This document shows, in pieces, positions 9,805 through 18,796 of a DNA stretch of 64,000 bases (positions are counted from its first letter, which is position 1; the number at the start of each line of letters is the position of its first letter). Position numbers and translations under genes: made by a program. The stretch is from Parachlamydiales bacterium. GTDB lineage: Bacteria; Chlamydiota; Chlamydiia; Chlamydiales; SM23-39. The stretch is taken from assembly GCA_050302075.1 (NCBI GenBank), contig JBNLAH010000003.1, positions 160,001 through 224,000 of the forward strand, written 5' to 3'. The notes under the pieces are model-generated. The model had not been told where the DNA came from, searched no databases, and was given only the letters and a program-made list of their open reading frames with translations.

Positions 9805-10566
9805 TTATTGTTTAATGAAAAAAGCCTGGCCGGTAGGGATAGGTATTAAAACTTCTTGCTTGTCTCTCATGAAATTATCAATCGCCTTTCTAGCTCCTAT
9901 GCACATTGGGAAACCATAATCATCAAAAAGAACTACAGCTCCTTTTACTAGTCTAGGATAGACAAACTCTAAAGAATCATAGGTTGCTTGAAACAAGTCA
10001 ACGTCGATATGCACAAATGAAAATCTTTTTTCCTCCAGATCTTGTAACACGTTCGGAATCCAGCCTTTTACTAAGTGAATTTTGCATTTATGCTTTGACA
10101 AGTAGTCGTAAATTGTATTTTTACTAAATCCTTTTAGTCCACCTTTCTTAAAAAATGGACTATTTGTTCTTACATCAATATCATCTTCATTAGGTTCAGC
10201 TAAACCTTCAAAGCTATCTACACCATAAATTTCTTTATTTGAACAGTCATATAGATCTAGAACAGAAGCAAATATATCAATGCTTTTGCCTTTAAATACT
10301 CCAAGCTCAATAAAATCTCCCTCAGGGATTTTAGCTGCTAGCTTAGATAGTTTATATTGTAAGTATCTACCTTCTTTAAATAAAAGATTCTGGTTTTCTA
10401 CAGGGAAGCTATTATCAATTCTTAAAAATTCTTCATCACAAGTCCATGGACAAAACAAAGGATTAGCATAACTTTGAAATTTTCTATAAGACTTATCTTT
10501 CGATATTGCTTGATTGTTAGATAGAAAAAACAAACATAAGATAAAAACTAATATTTTTTTCATCAT
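9805..10566 (-). CDS. TylF/MycF/NovP-family O-methyltransferase with signal-peptide-like leader
   Basis: GDFIELGVFKG, DSFEGL, VKGW, FVHIDVDL, LFDDYG. Confidence 0.85.
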   Translation of the reverse strand: MMKKILVFILCLFFLSNNQAISKDKSYRKFQSYANPLFCPWTCDEEFLRIDNSFPVENQNLLFKEGRYLQYKLSKLAAKIPEGDFIELGVFKGKSIDIFASVLDLYDCSNKEIYGVDSFEGLAEPNEDDIDVRTNSPFFKKGGLKGFSKNTIYDYLSKHKCKIHLVKGWIPNVLQDLEEKRFSFVHIDVDLFQATYDSLEFVYPRLVKGAVVLFDDYGFPMCIGARKAIDNFMRDKQEVLIPIPTGQAFFIKQ

Positions 10567-10657
10567 ATTCTCTTTTTTTTTGAAAAAACTCTATGACAAA
10601 AAAAGTTCTTTTTCAATAAATAATTTACATTAAATCTAGCACTACTAAAAAGTAAAA

Positions 10658-10676
10658 ATGTAAAGCTGCTTTACAT
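10658..10676. repeat. 19-bp palindrome ATGTAAAGC-T-GCTTTACAT (copy 1)
   Basis: Perfect 9-bp inverted arms in intergenic DNA. Confidence 0.8.
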
Positions 10677-10928
10677 AAAAAAAACATAACTTTGATAAGT
10701 TGCTTGATGACTATTGTTTGGATTTAACTGAAAGTTTTAAAAATTTTTGATATTTAAAAACTGTTTTGCTCATTAGTTGTAAAGCCACAATCTCCAATTT
10801 TTTATAGAGAAAAATGGATTCATGGTTATTTCTCAAGATGGAAATCTTTATAAAAGATCTATAAAATAACTCCATAGAATTAAATCATAAAGAGTTCTGC
10901 TTACAGGCATTTTTTCTCCCATTAGTCT

Positions 10929-10947
10929 ATGTAAAGCCGCTTTACAT
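10929..10947. repeat. 19-bp palindrome ATGTAAAGC-C-GCTTTACAT (copy 2)
   Basis: Arms identical to copy 1, 271 bp away. Confidence 0.8.
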
Positions 10948-11010
10948 TATCAATTTCTTGAAAGTTAGTCAAAAAATCATAGAATATATTTTCTAAACAG
11001 AGGAGTTGAA

Positions 11011-11220
11011 ATGCTAGAATCTATACGCCAAAAATTAGCTTCATATATACCTTCAGAAAGGCAAACGAAAATATTTGCTAGTGGATTAGCCTTTGGAATT
11101 GCATCCGCTGTTGCTTTAAATGCTATAGGAAAAGTTGCAAAATCAATAATTAGTGCAGCTGATTCGAATCGGGGGAACAACGCTAGTCATGAGATACCAA
11201 CTGATTCTCAAAAAGTATAG
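11011..11220 (+). CDS. small hypothetical membrane protein with the locus N-terminal leader
   Basis: GAGGAG RBS; IPSERQTKIFASGLAFG resembles IPSSRVLKTAAAAALAFG of 13305..15047; one hydrophobic segment. Confidence 0.6.
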   Translation: MLESIRQKLASYIPSERQTKIFASGLAFGIASAVALNAIGKVAKSIISAADSNRGNNASHEIPTDSQKV

Positions 11221-11272
11221 GATTTGAGAAAAAAGCTCATATGGTATTTCAAAAAAGAATAAATTTTCTAAC

Positions 11273-11698
11273 TTAGCTAAAGGTTAATTTTTGACTTATC
11301 CTGTTAAGCAATTCATTTTTTAGATATTTAATAGAGTAAAAAATGTTATTTGCAAAAAACACAGACCAAGGAGAAATCTCTAATTTAACAAGGCACCCCC
11401 AAGGAGTACAAGTAGCAATTTTTTTTACAATGTTACTGGGGAGAAGAAATGCTATGCCTTCTTTTGATAAATTTTTATAAATAAATCCAGGCATATTTAT
11501 TAATGGCAAAAAGCGCCAAGCTAATATATCCTTGTCTCTAATGTAACTTATATAGCTACGAACCGTGAGATTCACAAATAAAAAAACTGTAACTAACGCC
11601 ATAACTTTTGCTGCTATCTTTAATTGTTCCTTTGAAAACAACTGTTCATTTTCAGATTTATGTGTTGGTATCAACTTGGTTTTTATTAATTGGATCAT
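11273..11698 (-). CDS. small membrane protein, array type A (copy A2)
   Basis: MIQLIK leader, TM segment, MPGFIYKNLS, CxxxGC; paralogue of 12299..12706. Confidence 0.8.
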   Translation of the reverse strand: MIQLIKTKLIPTHKSENEQLFSKEQLKIAAKVMALVTVFLFVNLTVRSYISYIRDKDILAWRFLPLINMPGFIYKNLSKEGIAFLLPSNIVKKIATCTPWGCLVKLEISPWSVFFANNIFYSIKYLKNELLNRISQKLTFS

Positions 11699-11718
11699 AT
11701 TTTTAGCTCCTCGTTATT

Positions 11719-11778
11719 TTAGTTTTGGGCATAAAAGCTTTTAAATAAATTGTCACCTTTGCATCCTCAAGCCCAATT
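11719..11778 (-). pseudogene. relic of the 3' end of the 580-aa gene
   Basis: Translates NWA*GCKGDNLFKSFYAQN* versus NWARGCKGDNLFKSFYPQN* at 13305..13364. Confidence 0.8.
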
Positions 11779-11811
11779 TACCCTCAAATGCTACTTGAAT
11801 CTTTTAATAAT

Positions 11812-12249
11812 TTAGCATCCTGATAAAAATTTAGGATGTTTATCTAACAGCCACATAATTTTTATTACCAGCCTACTAATGCTCCAAGGACCTTTTGAGT
11901 AATCATATACAAAACAACCACAAAAAGTACTACTCATAGAAAAAATGCAAAAAACCCGACAGCCACTAATAACTCGAAAAAAATTTGGAGGCCAAAGAAA
12001 TGAAATCCCATCTTTAGAGATATTTTTGAAAATTATTCCAGGTATTCTTATTAAATGCACTCTTACCTGAGTGAGATCCCTTACATAGTCTTCATGGCGA
12101 TAATTATCAATGCCAATTACTAATACAGCAATTACAGTTGTAGCTATTGCCATAACCTTTATTTTTCTCTTTAATTGCTCATTTGACTGCAAGTATTCAT
12201 TTGCAGATTGATAAGTTTGTATTGATTTGTTTTTTATTAATTGGATCAT
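11812..12249 (-). CDS. small membrane protein, array type B (copy B2)
   Basis: MIQLIK leader, TM segment, IPGIIFKNISKDG, Cys-rich GCRVFC..FCGC; about 84% identical to 12853..13281 by hand count. Confidence 0.8.
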   Translation of the reverse strand: MIQLIKNKSIQTYQSANEYLQSNEQLKRKIKVMAIATTVIAVLVIGIDNYRHEDYVRDLTQVRVHLIRIPGIIFKNISKDGISFLWPPNFFRVISGCRVFCIFSMSSTFCGCFVYDYSKGPWSISRLVIKIMWLLDKHPKFLSGC

Positions 12250-12298
12250 ATTTTTAGTTCCACATTATTTATCTAGTTCTGGGTATAAAAAAGACCTT

Positions 12299-12706
12299 CT
12301 ATCTTGGCAAACATTCAATCAACTCTTTTAGGGACTTGATAGAAGAGTAAATATTTTTCACAAGAAATTCACGCCATGGGGGCATTGTTGTTTGTATAAA
12401 GCATCCATGGAAGCCACACCAAGCTATTCTTTTTCCAAAGTTACTAGGATGAAGAAAAGCTATGCCTTCTTCTGATAAATTTTTATAAATAAATCCCGGC
12501 ATAGACATTATTGGTAAGTGAGCCAAAGGTAATATATCCTTAATTGCATTGTACTGTTTATAGCTATAAACTGTGAAAACGGTGAATAAAGAAACTGTAA
12601 ATAGTCCCATAACTTTTACTGCCGTCTTTAATTGCTCATTTGAAGGAAAATGTTCATTTTCAGATTTATGTGTTGATATCAACTTAGTTTTTATTAATTG
12701 GATCAT
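12299..12706 (-). CDS. small membrane protein, array type A (copy A1)
   Basis: About 60% identical to 11273..11698 by hand count. Confidence 0.8.
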   Translation of the reverse strand: MIQLIKTKLISTHKSENEHFPSNEQLKTAVKVMGLFTVSLFTVFTVYSYKQYNAIKDILPLAHLPIMSMPGFIYKNLSEEGIAFLHPSNFGKRIAWCGFHGCFIQTTMPPWREFLVKNIYSSIKSLKELIECLPR

Positions 12707-12725
12707 ATTTCAGCTCCACGTTATT

Positions 12726-12785
12726 TTAGTTTTGGGCATAAAAGCTTTTAAATAAATTATCACCTTTACATTCTCGAGCCCAATT
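12726..12785 (-). pseudogene. relic of the 3' end of the 580-aa gene
   Basis: Translates NWARECKGDNLFKSFYAQN*. Confidence 0.8.
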
Positions 12786-12852
12786 TATCCTAGGCAAATA
12801 CCTCAAACAGAGGCGTCAAATGCTATTTGAATCTTTTAATAATTTAGCAGCC

Positions 12853-13281
12853 CTACAAAAGTTTAGGATAGCGGTCTAACATCCACAAAATTTTAGTTAT
12901 TAGCCTACTAATGCTTAAAGGACGTTTTGTGTAATTATATACAAAACAACCACAAAAAGTACTACTCATAGGAAAAATGCAAAAAACCCGGCAGCCACTA
13001 ATAACTCGAAAAAAATTTGGAGGCCAAAGAAACGAAATCCCATCTTTAGAGATATTTTTGAAAATTATTCCGGGTATTCTTATTAAATGCACTCTTACCT
13101 GAGTGATATCCCTTACAAAGGCCTCATTGCGATAATTATCAATGCCAATTATTAATGCAGTAATTACAGCTGTAGCTATTACCGTAACCTTTATTTTTCT
13201 CTTTAATTGCTCATTTGACTGCAAGTATTCATTTGCAGATTGATAAGTTTGCACTGATTTGTTTTTTATTAATTGGATCAT
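12853..13281 (-). CDS. small membrane protein, array type B (copy B1)
   Basis: Paralogue of 11812..12249. Confidence 0.8.
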   Translation of the reverse strand: MIQLIKNKSVQTYQSANEYLQSNEQLKRKIKVTVIATAVITALIIGIDNYRNEAFVRDITQVRVHLIRIPGIIFKNISKDGISFLWPPNFFRVISGCRVFCIFPMSSTFCGCFVYNYTKRPLSISRLITKILWMLDRYPKLL

Positions 13282-13304
13282 ATTTTTAGCTCCATGTTAT
13301 TTAT

Positions 13305-15047
13305 CTAGTTTTGGGGATAAAAGCTTTTAAATAAATTATCACCCTTACAGCCACGGGCCCAATTTTCTAAATACATATGAGAGGAGTGATGTAGTGTTAA
13401 TGGCTCCATAGATTGGATCTCTACTTTTTTTGCAAAAATAGTACAAACAGAGGCATCAACCACTCTTTGTGTCTCATCAGCTATTTTTTGGGGGATCCTA
13501 GGCTCATCTACTGAGTCACTTCCTAATGATCCACCCATAAAAATTATCTTTGCATCTTTTGATAGTTCAGAGAAACAGCTTCGAAAATCTTTTGAGAGAT
13601 CAATTTGATCTTCTTTTCCATTTGAGTCTTTTGGGAAAAGTATTCCATTGCTACTCTTTGCGACTTGAATGATGATAGCTGCCACTTCTCCTTGCTTTGC
13701 AGCTTCAAATGCTGCGTCGCAAACATCATAAAAATTCCAAGCTTGCTTAAATCGAAAGTCAAAATTATTAATTAACTCTCTAAAAAGCTTAATGTTATCT
13801 ATTGCAGGCCATGGTTCATTAATTGAAACTACTGCCACTTTCTTTCTTTGATCATCTTCGCAGTTTTGAAAATATTTCTCTAAAAATGGACTGTCTTTAT
13901 GTAAAAGAGACCTAGCTATAAGATCAGCCTTAATGGCTGATTCAGTAGCTAATTCATATTCAGTAAGCATAAATCTATTCACATATGGAGAGCATTTTTT
14001 AGTGCGGGGATGAAAAGCTTGATAGAGGTTCTCTCCATATAACCACTTGAGAGGGTTGCTAAATATAAATTCACCTTCTTTATTTTTTATATAAAAATCT
14101 TTAGGAAGTTTAAAAACCTGATTTTCTGGTGAATAAATAGTTTCTGATGTAGTTAAATCTGTCGGAGCATAAACCACTCTTTTACCAGTATCTGCCATTG
14201 CTTGGGCTATATTATTAAAAGGATCTCCTTTTTGTTCCCATCCAGTTATTTTTTCAATGGCAATTTCAAAAAAGTTTTTTTTTGGCTTTCCTGTAGAGCA
14301 ACTCAGAAGATAGATCTTAGCGTTAGGAGGCAGAGGTGAAAAGCAATCAGCAAAATCTGAAAAAAAATAAATTCCATAATCTAAAAAAGGAATCCAAGCG
14401 CTTCGGAAAAGTGAAGATAGCCCTATGAGGTACATATCACCATGTGCATCTATAACTATTTTTTCTAAATCTCCTGTTTTTGCCCCTTCTTTAATTGCTT
14501 CACAAAGCTCTGCAAAAGACCTTACAATTTGATATCTTGTATCATAAGGTTCATCAAAGGCCTCAAAAAGATGTGAAACGCCCCAGGGCTCCAGGGCTCC
14601 GTTATGATCATGCTCAGCAGTAGCTATAAGAAGCTTTTTCCTAGGATCATTACTGTTAAACCTCAAAAATTCCTGACCATAGGTCAAATCTGAATCAGAC
14701 ATCTCAATCTCAGCCCTCTCTGGGTTTTTCTGAGTTACCATTTTAAAGATACCATCTTTTATTCTATTTATAGCATAAGTAGCTTCGAATATCGGTTTAA
14801 AGACGCTATTTACCTTATTTAAAACATAAACTGCTTCCTTTTCTTTTGGATGAACTCTAGATATATTTATATCTGGGCAATTGGGAGAGAGGCAGTCTTT
14901 TATCCTCTGGCCATTCATAAAATGATCTATTGTCCCAAAAGCCAATGCTGCTGCTGCTGCTGTTTTTAATACTCTTGATGAAGGAATATGCTGTATTACT
15001 TGCTGAAAAGCATTTTGTATTTTTGATCCTATCGCGCTTATAAACAT
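13305..15047 (-). CDS. hypothetical two-repeat protein, putative caspase-fold (clan CD/DUF4347-like) cysteine protease plus inactive copy
   Basis: Repeat 1 has IVIDAHG (H202) and IYLLSCSTG (C250); repeat 2 has IIIQVA and IIFMGGSLG at the same positions; hydrophobic N-terminal leader. Confidence 0.5.
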   Translation of the reverse strand: MFISAIGSKIQNAFQQVIQHIPSSRVLKTAAAAALAFGTIDHFMNGQRIKDCLSPNCPDINISRVHPKEKEAVYVLNKVNSVFKPIFEATYAINRIKDGIFKMVTQKNPERAEIEMSDSDLTYGQEFLRFNSNDPRKKLLIATAEHDHNGALEPWGVSHLFEAFDEPYDTRYQIVRSFAELCEAIKEGAKTGDLEKIVIDAHGDMYLIGLSSLFRSAWIPFLDYGIYFFSDFADCFSPLPPNAKIYLLSCSTGKPKKNFFEIAIEKITGWEQKGDPFNNIAQAMADTGKRVVYAPTDLTTSETIYSPENQVFKLPKDFYIKNKEGEFIFSNPLKWLYGENLYQAFHPRTKKCSPYVNRFMLTEYELATESAIKADLIARSLLHKDSPFLEKYFQNCEDDQRKKVAVVSINEPWPAIDNIKLFRELINNFDFRFKQAWNFYDVCDAAFEAAKQGEVAAIIIQVAKSSNGILFPKDSNGKEDQIDLSKDFRSCFSELSKDAKIIFMGGSLGSDSVDEPRIPQKIADETQRVVDASVCTIFAKKVEIQSMEPLTLHHSSHMYLENWARGCKGDNLFKSFYPQN

Positions 15048-15424
15048 AAACTTATACCTTATTAAAATATTTTTATAGGTTTGGGCAGCTTATGCTCAAA
15101 TAAAATTATTTGCAAACTAAAAGTAAAATTTTTACCACCATTTAATTAAAAATTTAAAAAGATGATTACTTTATATTGGAGCTAATAGAATCAAACAAAT
15201 TTACAAGTAAAATAAAACATTTTCCCTTTCAAGAAGTGGCATATGCTTAAGATTTACCTTCTAGTCCCTATTATGAATTGATAAAAAATGAGAACTAGCA
15301 ATCAATAGCTCCCTAAAAAGACACAAAAAAGATAAATAATCTTCCTTACTTTTTTAATATTTTTTTTAAAAGGATTTAGACAAGATTTGGCAAAAATACT
15401 AAATTCATTTTTCAACAAAAGTGT

Positions 15425-16240
15425 ATGAATATGAAAAACCAACAAGAGCAAATATTAAATTATCTTAGATATCAATTAGCTAAGATGTCACATATGGGAA
15501 AAGCTCCTCATTTAGGCTCATCACTCTCTTGTTTAGACTTAATTTATGCGTTATATAAATCGTTTTTAAAAATTGATCCTAAAAATCCAAACGACACTAA
15601 AAGAGATCGATTTATCTTAAGTAAAGGACATGCAATATCAGCATTATATGTTGTGTTGGCCGAAATAGGATTTTTTGAGAAGAAGTTACTTGAGACCTAT
15701 AACCAAAATGGGTCATCTTTGCCTGAGCACCCGTCTCCTAAATGCATTTCTGGAGTGGAATGTGCAACTGGATCATTAGGACATGGACTATCTATTGCAT
15801 CTGGGCTTGCCTTAAGTGCCAAAATCAAACAAGAAACGTTTAAGGTTGTGGCTTTACTTAGTGATGGGGAGTTAAATGAAGGTAGCGTTTGGGAAGCTGC
15901 TCTATTTGCCCCAAAACAGAAGCTTGGAAATTTAGTAGCTATAGTTGATTTCAATAAATGGCAAGCTACAGGAAGAAGCAAAGAAATTACGCAGCTAGAC
16001 CCCTTGAAAAAAAAGTGGGAAAATTTTGGATGGGATGCTTATGAGATAGATGGTCATAACTGTGCAGAGATCACAGAGACACTTGCAAAACTAAAGCTTA
16101 AAGAGAGACCTTCCATTCTGGTTGCTAATACTATTAAGGGAAAGGGAATCTCGTTTATGGAAGATGACAATAATTGGCATTATCGCATCCCAAGTATAGA
16201 AGATATAGAAGCAATTAAAGAGGAATTAAAAATCACGTGA
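15425..16240 (+). CDS. transketolase, N-terminal (ThDP-binding) subunit
   Basis: HLGSSLS, RDRFILSKGH, TGSLGHGL, SDGELNEG..WEA, TIKGKG, WH. Confidence 0.9.
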   Translation: MNMKNQQEQILNYLRYQLAKMSHMGKAPHLGSSLSCLDLIYALYKSFLKIDPKNPNDTKRDRFILSKGHAISALYVVLAEIGFFEKKLLETYNQNGSSLPEHPSPKCISGVECATGSLGHGLSIASGLALSAKIKQETFKVVALLSDGELNEGSVWEAALFAPKQKLGNLVAIVDFNKWQATGRSKEITQLDPLKKKWENFGWDAYEIDGHNCAEITETLAKLKLKERPSILVANTIKGKGISFMEDDNNWHYRIPSIEDIEAIKEELKIT

Positions 16241-17187
16241 GAAATGCGTTCGCCAAAGAATTAGTTAGGCTTGCAGAAGAAGATGATAGAATTGTCCTGC
16301 TATCCGGAGATATCGGTAATCGTCTTTTTGACGAGTTCAAACAGAAATTTAAAAATAGATTCTATAACTGTGGAGTTGCTGAGGCAAATATGGCAAGTGT
16401 TGCAGCTGGGCTTGCAATGAATGGCCTAAAGCCAATCACCTATACAATAACACCATTCAATACAACGAGATGCTTAGAGCAGATCAAAATTGATATATGC
16501 TACCACAACTTACCAGTCATAGTAGTTGGTGTCGGAGCCGGCCTTTCATATGGTTCGCTTGGAGGTACTCATCACTCATTAGAAGATATTGCTTTTCTTC
16601 GTTCAATTGCCAATATGAAAGTTGTATGCCCGTCAGATCCTTACGAGGTTAGAGTTCTTTTAAAGAAGTCTTTAAAAGAAAATTCACCAGTATATTTCCG
16701 CATAGGTAAAAAAGGAGAAAAGACATTTCATACTACTGAAACTGAGCTTGAAATTGGTAAATCTACTTTGTGGAGAGATGGCAATGATATTTGTATTTTT
16801 ACAGTAGGAAATATCTTAGATGTAGGGATTGAAACTGTAGAAGGCTTAGCTAAGAAAAATATTTCATCTAGACTCATAAACTTCTCAACTGTAAAGCCGC
16901 TTGACATTGATATGCTAAAAGACTGCTTTAGTAAATTTGATACAGTTGTAACAATTGAAGAGCATAGTATTCATGGGGGACTTTACTCATCCATCTGTGA
17001 GTGGGCATGCCAAAACTTTCAAAGAATCCCAAAAATTATTCCTTTTGCAACTAGAGATGAATTTCCTAAAAAATTAGGATCACAAAAATATTTACGTGAT
17101 TTTTTTGGATTAAATTCACAATATGTAATCCATAAAATTTTTAATTACCTAAAGGAACGTTCATGCATACAACAGCTGCAATCTTAG
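16237..17187 (+). CDS. transketolase, C-terminal subunit
   Basis: GTG start overlapping the upstream stop; GVAEANM, GGTHHSLED, TVKPLD, TIEEHS. Confidence 0.9.
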   Translation: MRNAFAKELVRLAEEDDRIVLLSGDIGNRLFDEFKQKFKNRFYNCGVAEANMASVAAGLAMNGLKPITYTITPFNTTRCLEQIKIDICYHNLPVIVVGVGAGLSYGSLGGTHHSLEDIAFLRSIANMKVVCPSDPYEVRVLLKKSLKENSPVYFRIGKKGEKTFHTTETELEIGKSTLWRDGNDICIFTVGNILDVGIETVEGLAKKNISSRLINFSTVKPLDIDMLKDCFSKFDTVVTIEEHSIHGGLYSSICEWACQNFQRIPKIIPFATRDEFPKKLGSQKYLRDFFGLNSQYVIHKIFNYLKERSCIQQLQS

Positions 17188-18194
17188 TTGAGACAAACAA
17201 ACCTCTAGTAATTGATGAAATAGAGATTCCTACTTTAAAGCCAGGTCAAGTCTTAGTTAAAATTGACTACAGTGGTGTATGTCATACGCAGTTATTGGAA
17301 GCATTTGGGAAACGTGGAAATGATCCCTACTTGCCACACTTATTAGGTCATGAAGGCAGCGGGGAAATTTTGGAAGTTGGTCCTGATGTATCAAAAATTA
17401 AAGCCGGTGACCATGTTATTTTATCATGGATGAAAGGAGCTGGCGCAAATGTTATGGGAACAGTTTATAATTGGAAGGGAATATCAGTAAACTCAGGTGC
17501 TGTTACAACTTTTAGCAAACACTCAGTGGTAAGTGAGAACAGATGCACAGTAATACCAGAAAAATTTCCCAAAGATAAAGCAGCTTTATTGGGCTGTGCA
17601 GTACCTACTGGCCTTGGAGCTGTTTTTAATACAGCAAAGCCAGAGCCTAATCAAAGCATAGCTGTTTTTGGGTGTGGCGGGATTGGTCTTTGCGCAATTC
17701 AAGCTGCTTCGATTTCGGAGTGTAGTCCAATCATTGCCATAGATATTAATATTGAGAAGCTAAATCAAGCAGAAAAGTGTGGTGCTACTCATTTTATAAA
17801 TGCGAAAGAGGTGGACCCTGTTAAGCAAATAAATGAAATATGCTCACTTGATTTTGCGATCGAGGCAAGTGGATCGCCACTTGCAATGCAACAGGCGTTA
17901 GAGAGTGTCAAGAACCAGGGTGGTTCAGCTGTTATTGTTGGAAATGCCCAACATGGCAAGATGCTCACACTTGACCCGAAACAGTTTAATTTAGGCAAAA
18001 AGCTATTTGGCACTTGGGGAGGAGATAATGTCCCTGACTATCACTTTCCAAGATACTGTAAATTGATTGAGCAAGATGCCTTCAATGCAACTTTGTTTTT
18101 AGAATCAAAGTATTCTTTGGAGAAAATACAGGATGCATTGACAGATCTTCACAGTGGAAAATGTTTAAGACCATTAATTGATATGAGTATTTAG
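17163..18194 (+). CDS. zinc-binding alcohol dehydrogenase family protein
   Basis: GVCHT, LGHEGSG, LGCAVPTG, GCGGIG. Confidence 0.9.
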   Translation: MHTTAAILVETNKPLVIDEIEIPTLKPGQVLVKIDYSGVCHTQLLEAFGKRGNDPYLPHLLGHEGSGEILEVGPDVSKIKAGDHVILSWMKGAGANVMGTVYNWKGISVNSGAVTTFSKHSVVSENRCTVIPEKFPKDKAALLGCAVPTGLGAVFNTAKPEPNQSIAVFGCGGIGLCAIQAASISECSPIIAIDINIEKLNQAEKCGATHFINAKEVDPVKQINEICSLDFAIEASGSPLAMQQALESVKNQGGSAVIVGNAQHGKMLTLDPKQFNLGKKLFGTWGGDNVPDYHFPRYCKLIEQDAFNATLFLESKYSLEKIQDALTDLHSGKCLRPLIDMSI

Positions 18195-18196
18195 AA

Positions 18197-18796
18197 ATGA
18201 AAATTGGAATTGATTTTGATAATACAATAGCAAATTATGACGGAGTTTTTTACCGAGCGGCTTTAAATCAAGAATTAATTCCAATCGATTTAGATCCTTC
18301 AAAATCTTCAGTTAGAGATTATCTCCGATCAAAAAATCTTGAAGATGAATGGACAAAGCTACAAGGATATGTCTACGGATCAAGAATGGATCTGGCAAAG
18401 GCATATGTTGGCATTATCGATTTTCTTGAACTATGTAAAAAAAATAACATAACAACAGTAATTGTAAGTCATAAATCAAAGCATCCTTATCTTGGGCCTA
18501 AATATGATCTTCACAAGGCAGCTTCAAACTGGATTAAGTCGATCCCGATCTTAAGTGAAGTCGAGGCTTTTTTCGAGTTGACCCTAGAAAAAAAACTGAA
18601 GCGAATATCCATTTTAAATTGCGATTTTTTTATTGATGATCTGCCCGAGCTCTTGAATGAATCCTTGTTTCCTAAAGAGGTAAAAAAAATCCTCTTTGAC
18701 CCACAAAATATCCACAAAGAATCAAAAAGCTACAGGCGATTTAATAGCTGGCATGAAATTAAAAAGTTTTTCGAATTACAATCTCAAAGCAATTGA
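18197..18796 (+). CDS. HAD-superfamily hydrolase (phosphatase)
   Basis: IGIDFDNT motif I, IVS, FFIDD motif IV. Confidence 0.75.
   Translation: MKIGIDFDNTIANYDGVFYRAALNQELIPIDLDPSKSSVRDYLRSKNLEDEWTKLQGYVYGSRMDLAKAYVGIIDFLELCKKNNITTVIVSHKSKHPYLGPKYDLHKAASNWIKSIPILSEVEAFFELTLEKKLKRISILNCDFFIDDLPELLNESLFPKEVKKILFDPQNIHKESKSYRRFNSWHEIKKFFELQSQSN

Noticed and set aside
11273..13281. Array read as CRISPR or integron cassettes
   Set aside because: The repeats are coding paralogues and gene relics; no short repeat-spacer structure, attC-like hairpins, cas or integrase genes were seen
16890..16907. TGTAAAGCCGCTTGACAT, one mismatch from the 19-bp palindrome
   Set aside because: It encodes the conserved transketolase motif TVKPLD, so it is probably coincidental
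15425..17187. Transketolase in two ORFs as a frameshifted pseudogene
   Set aside because: The second half has its own RBS and GTG start with a 4-bp overlap, and two-subunit transketolases are common
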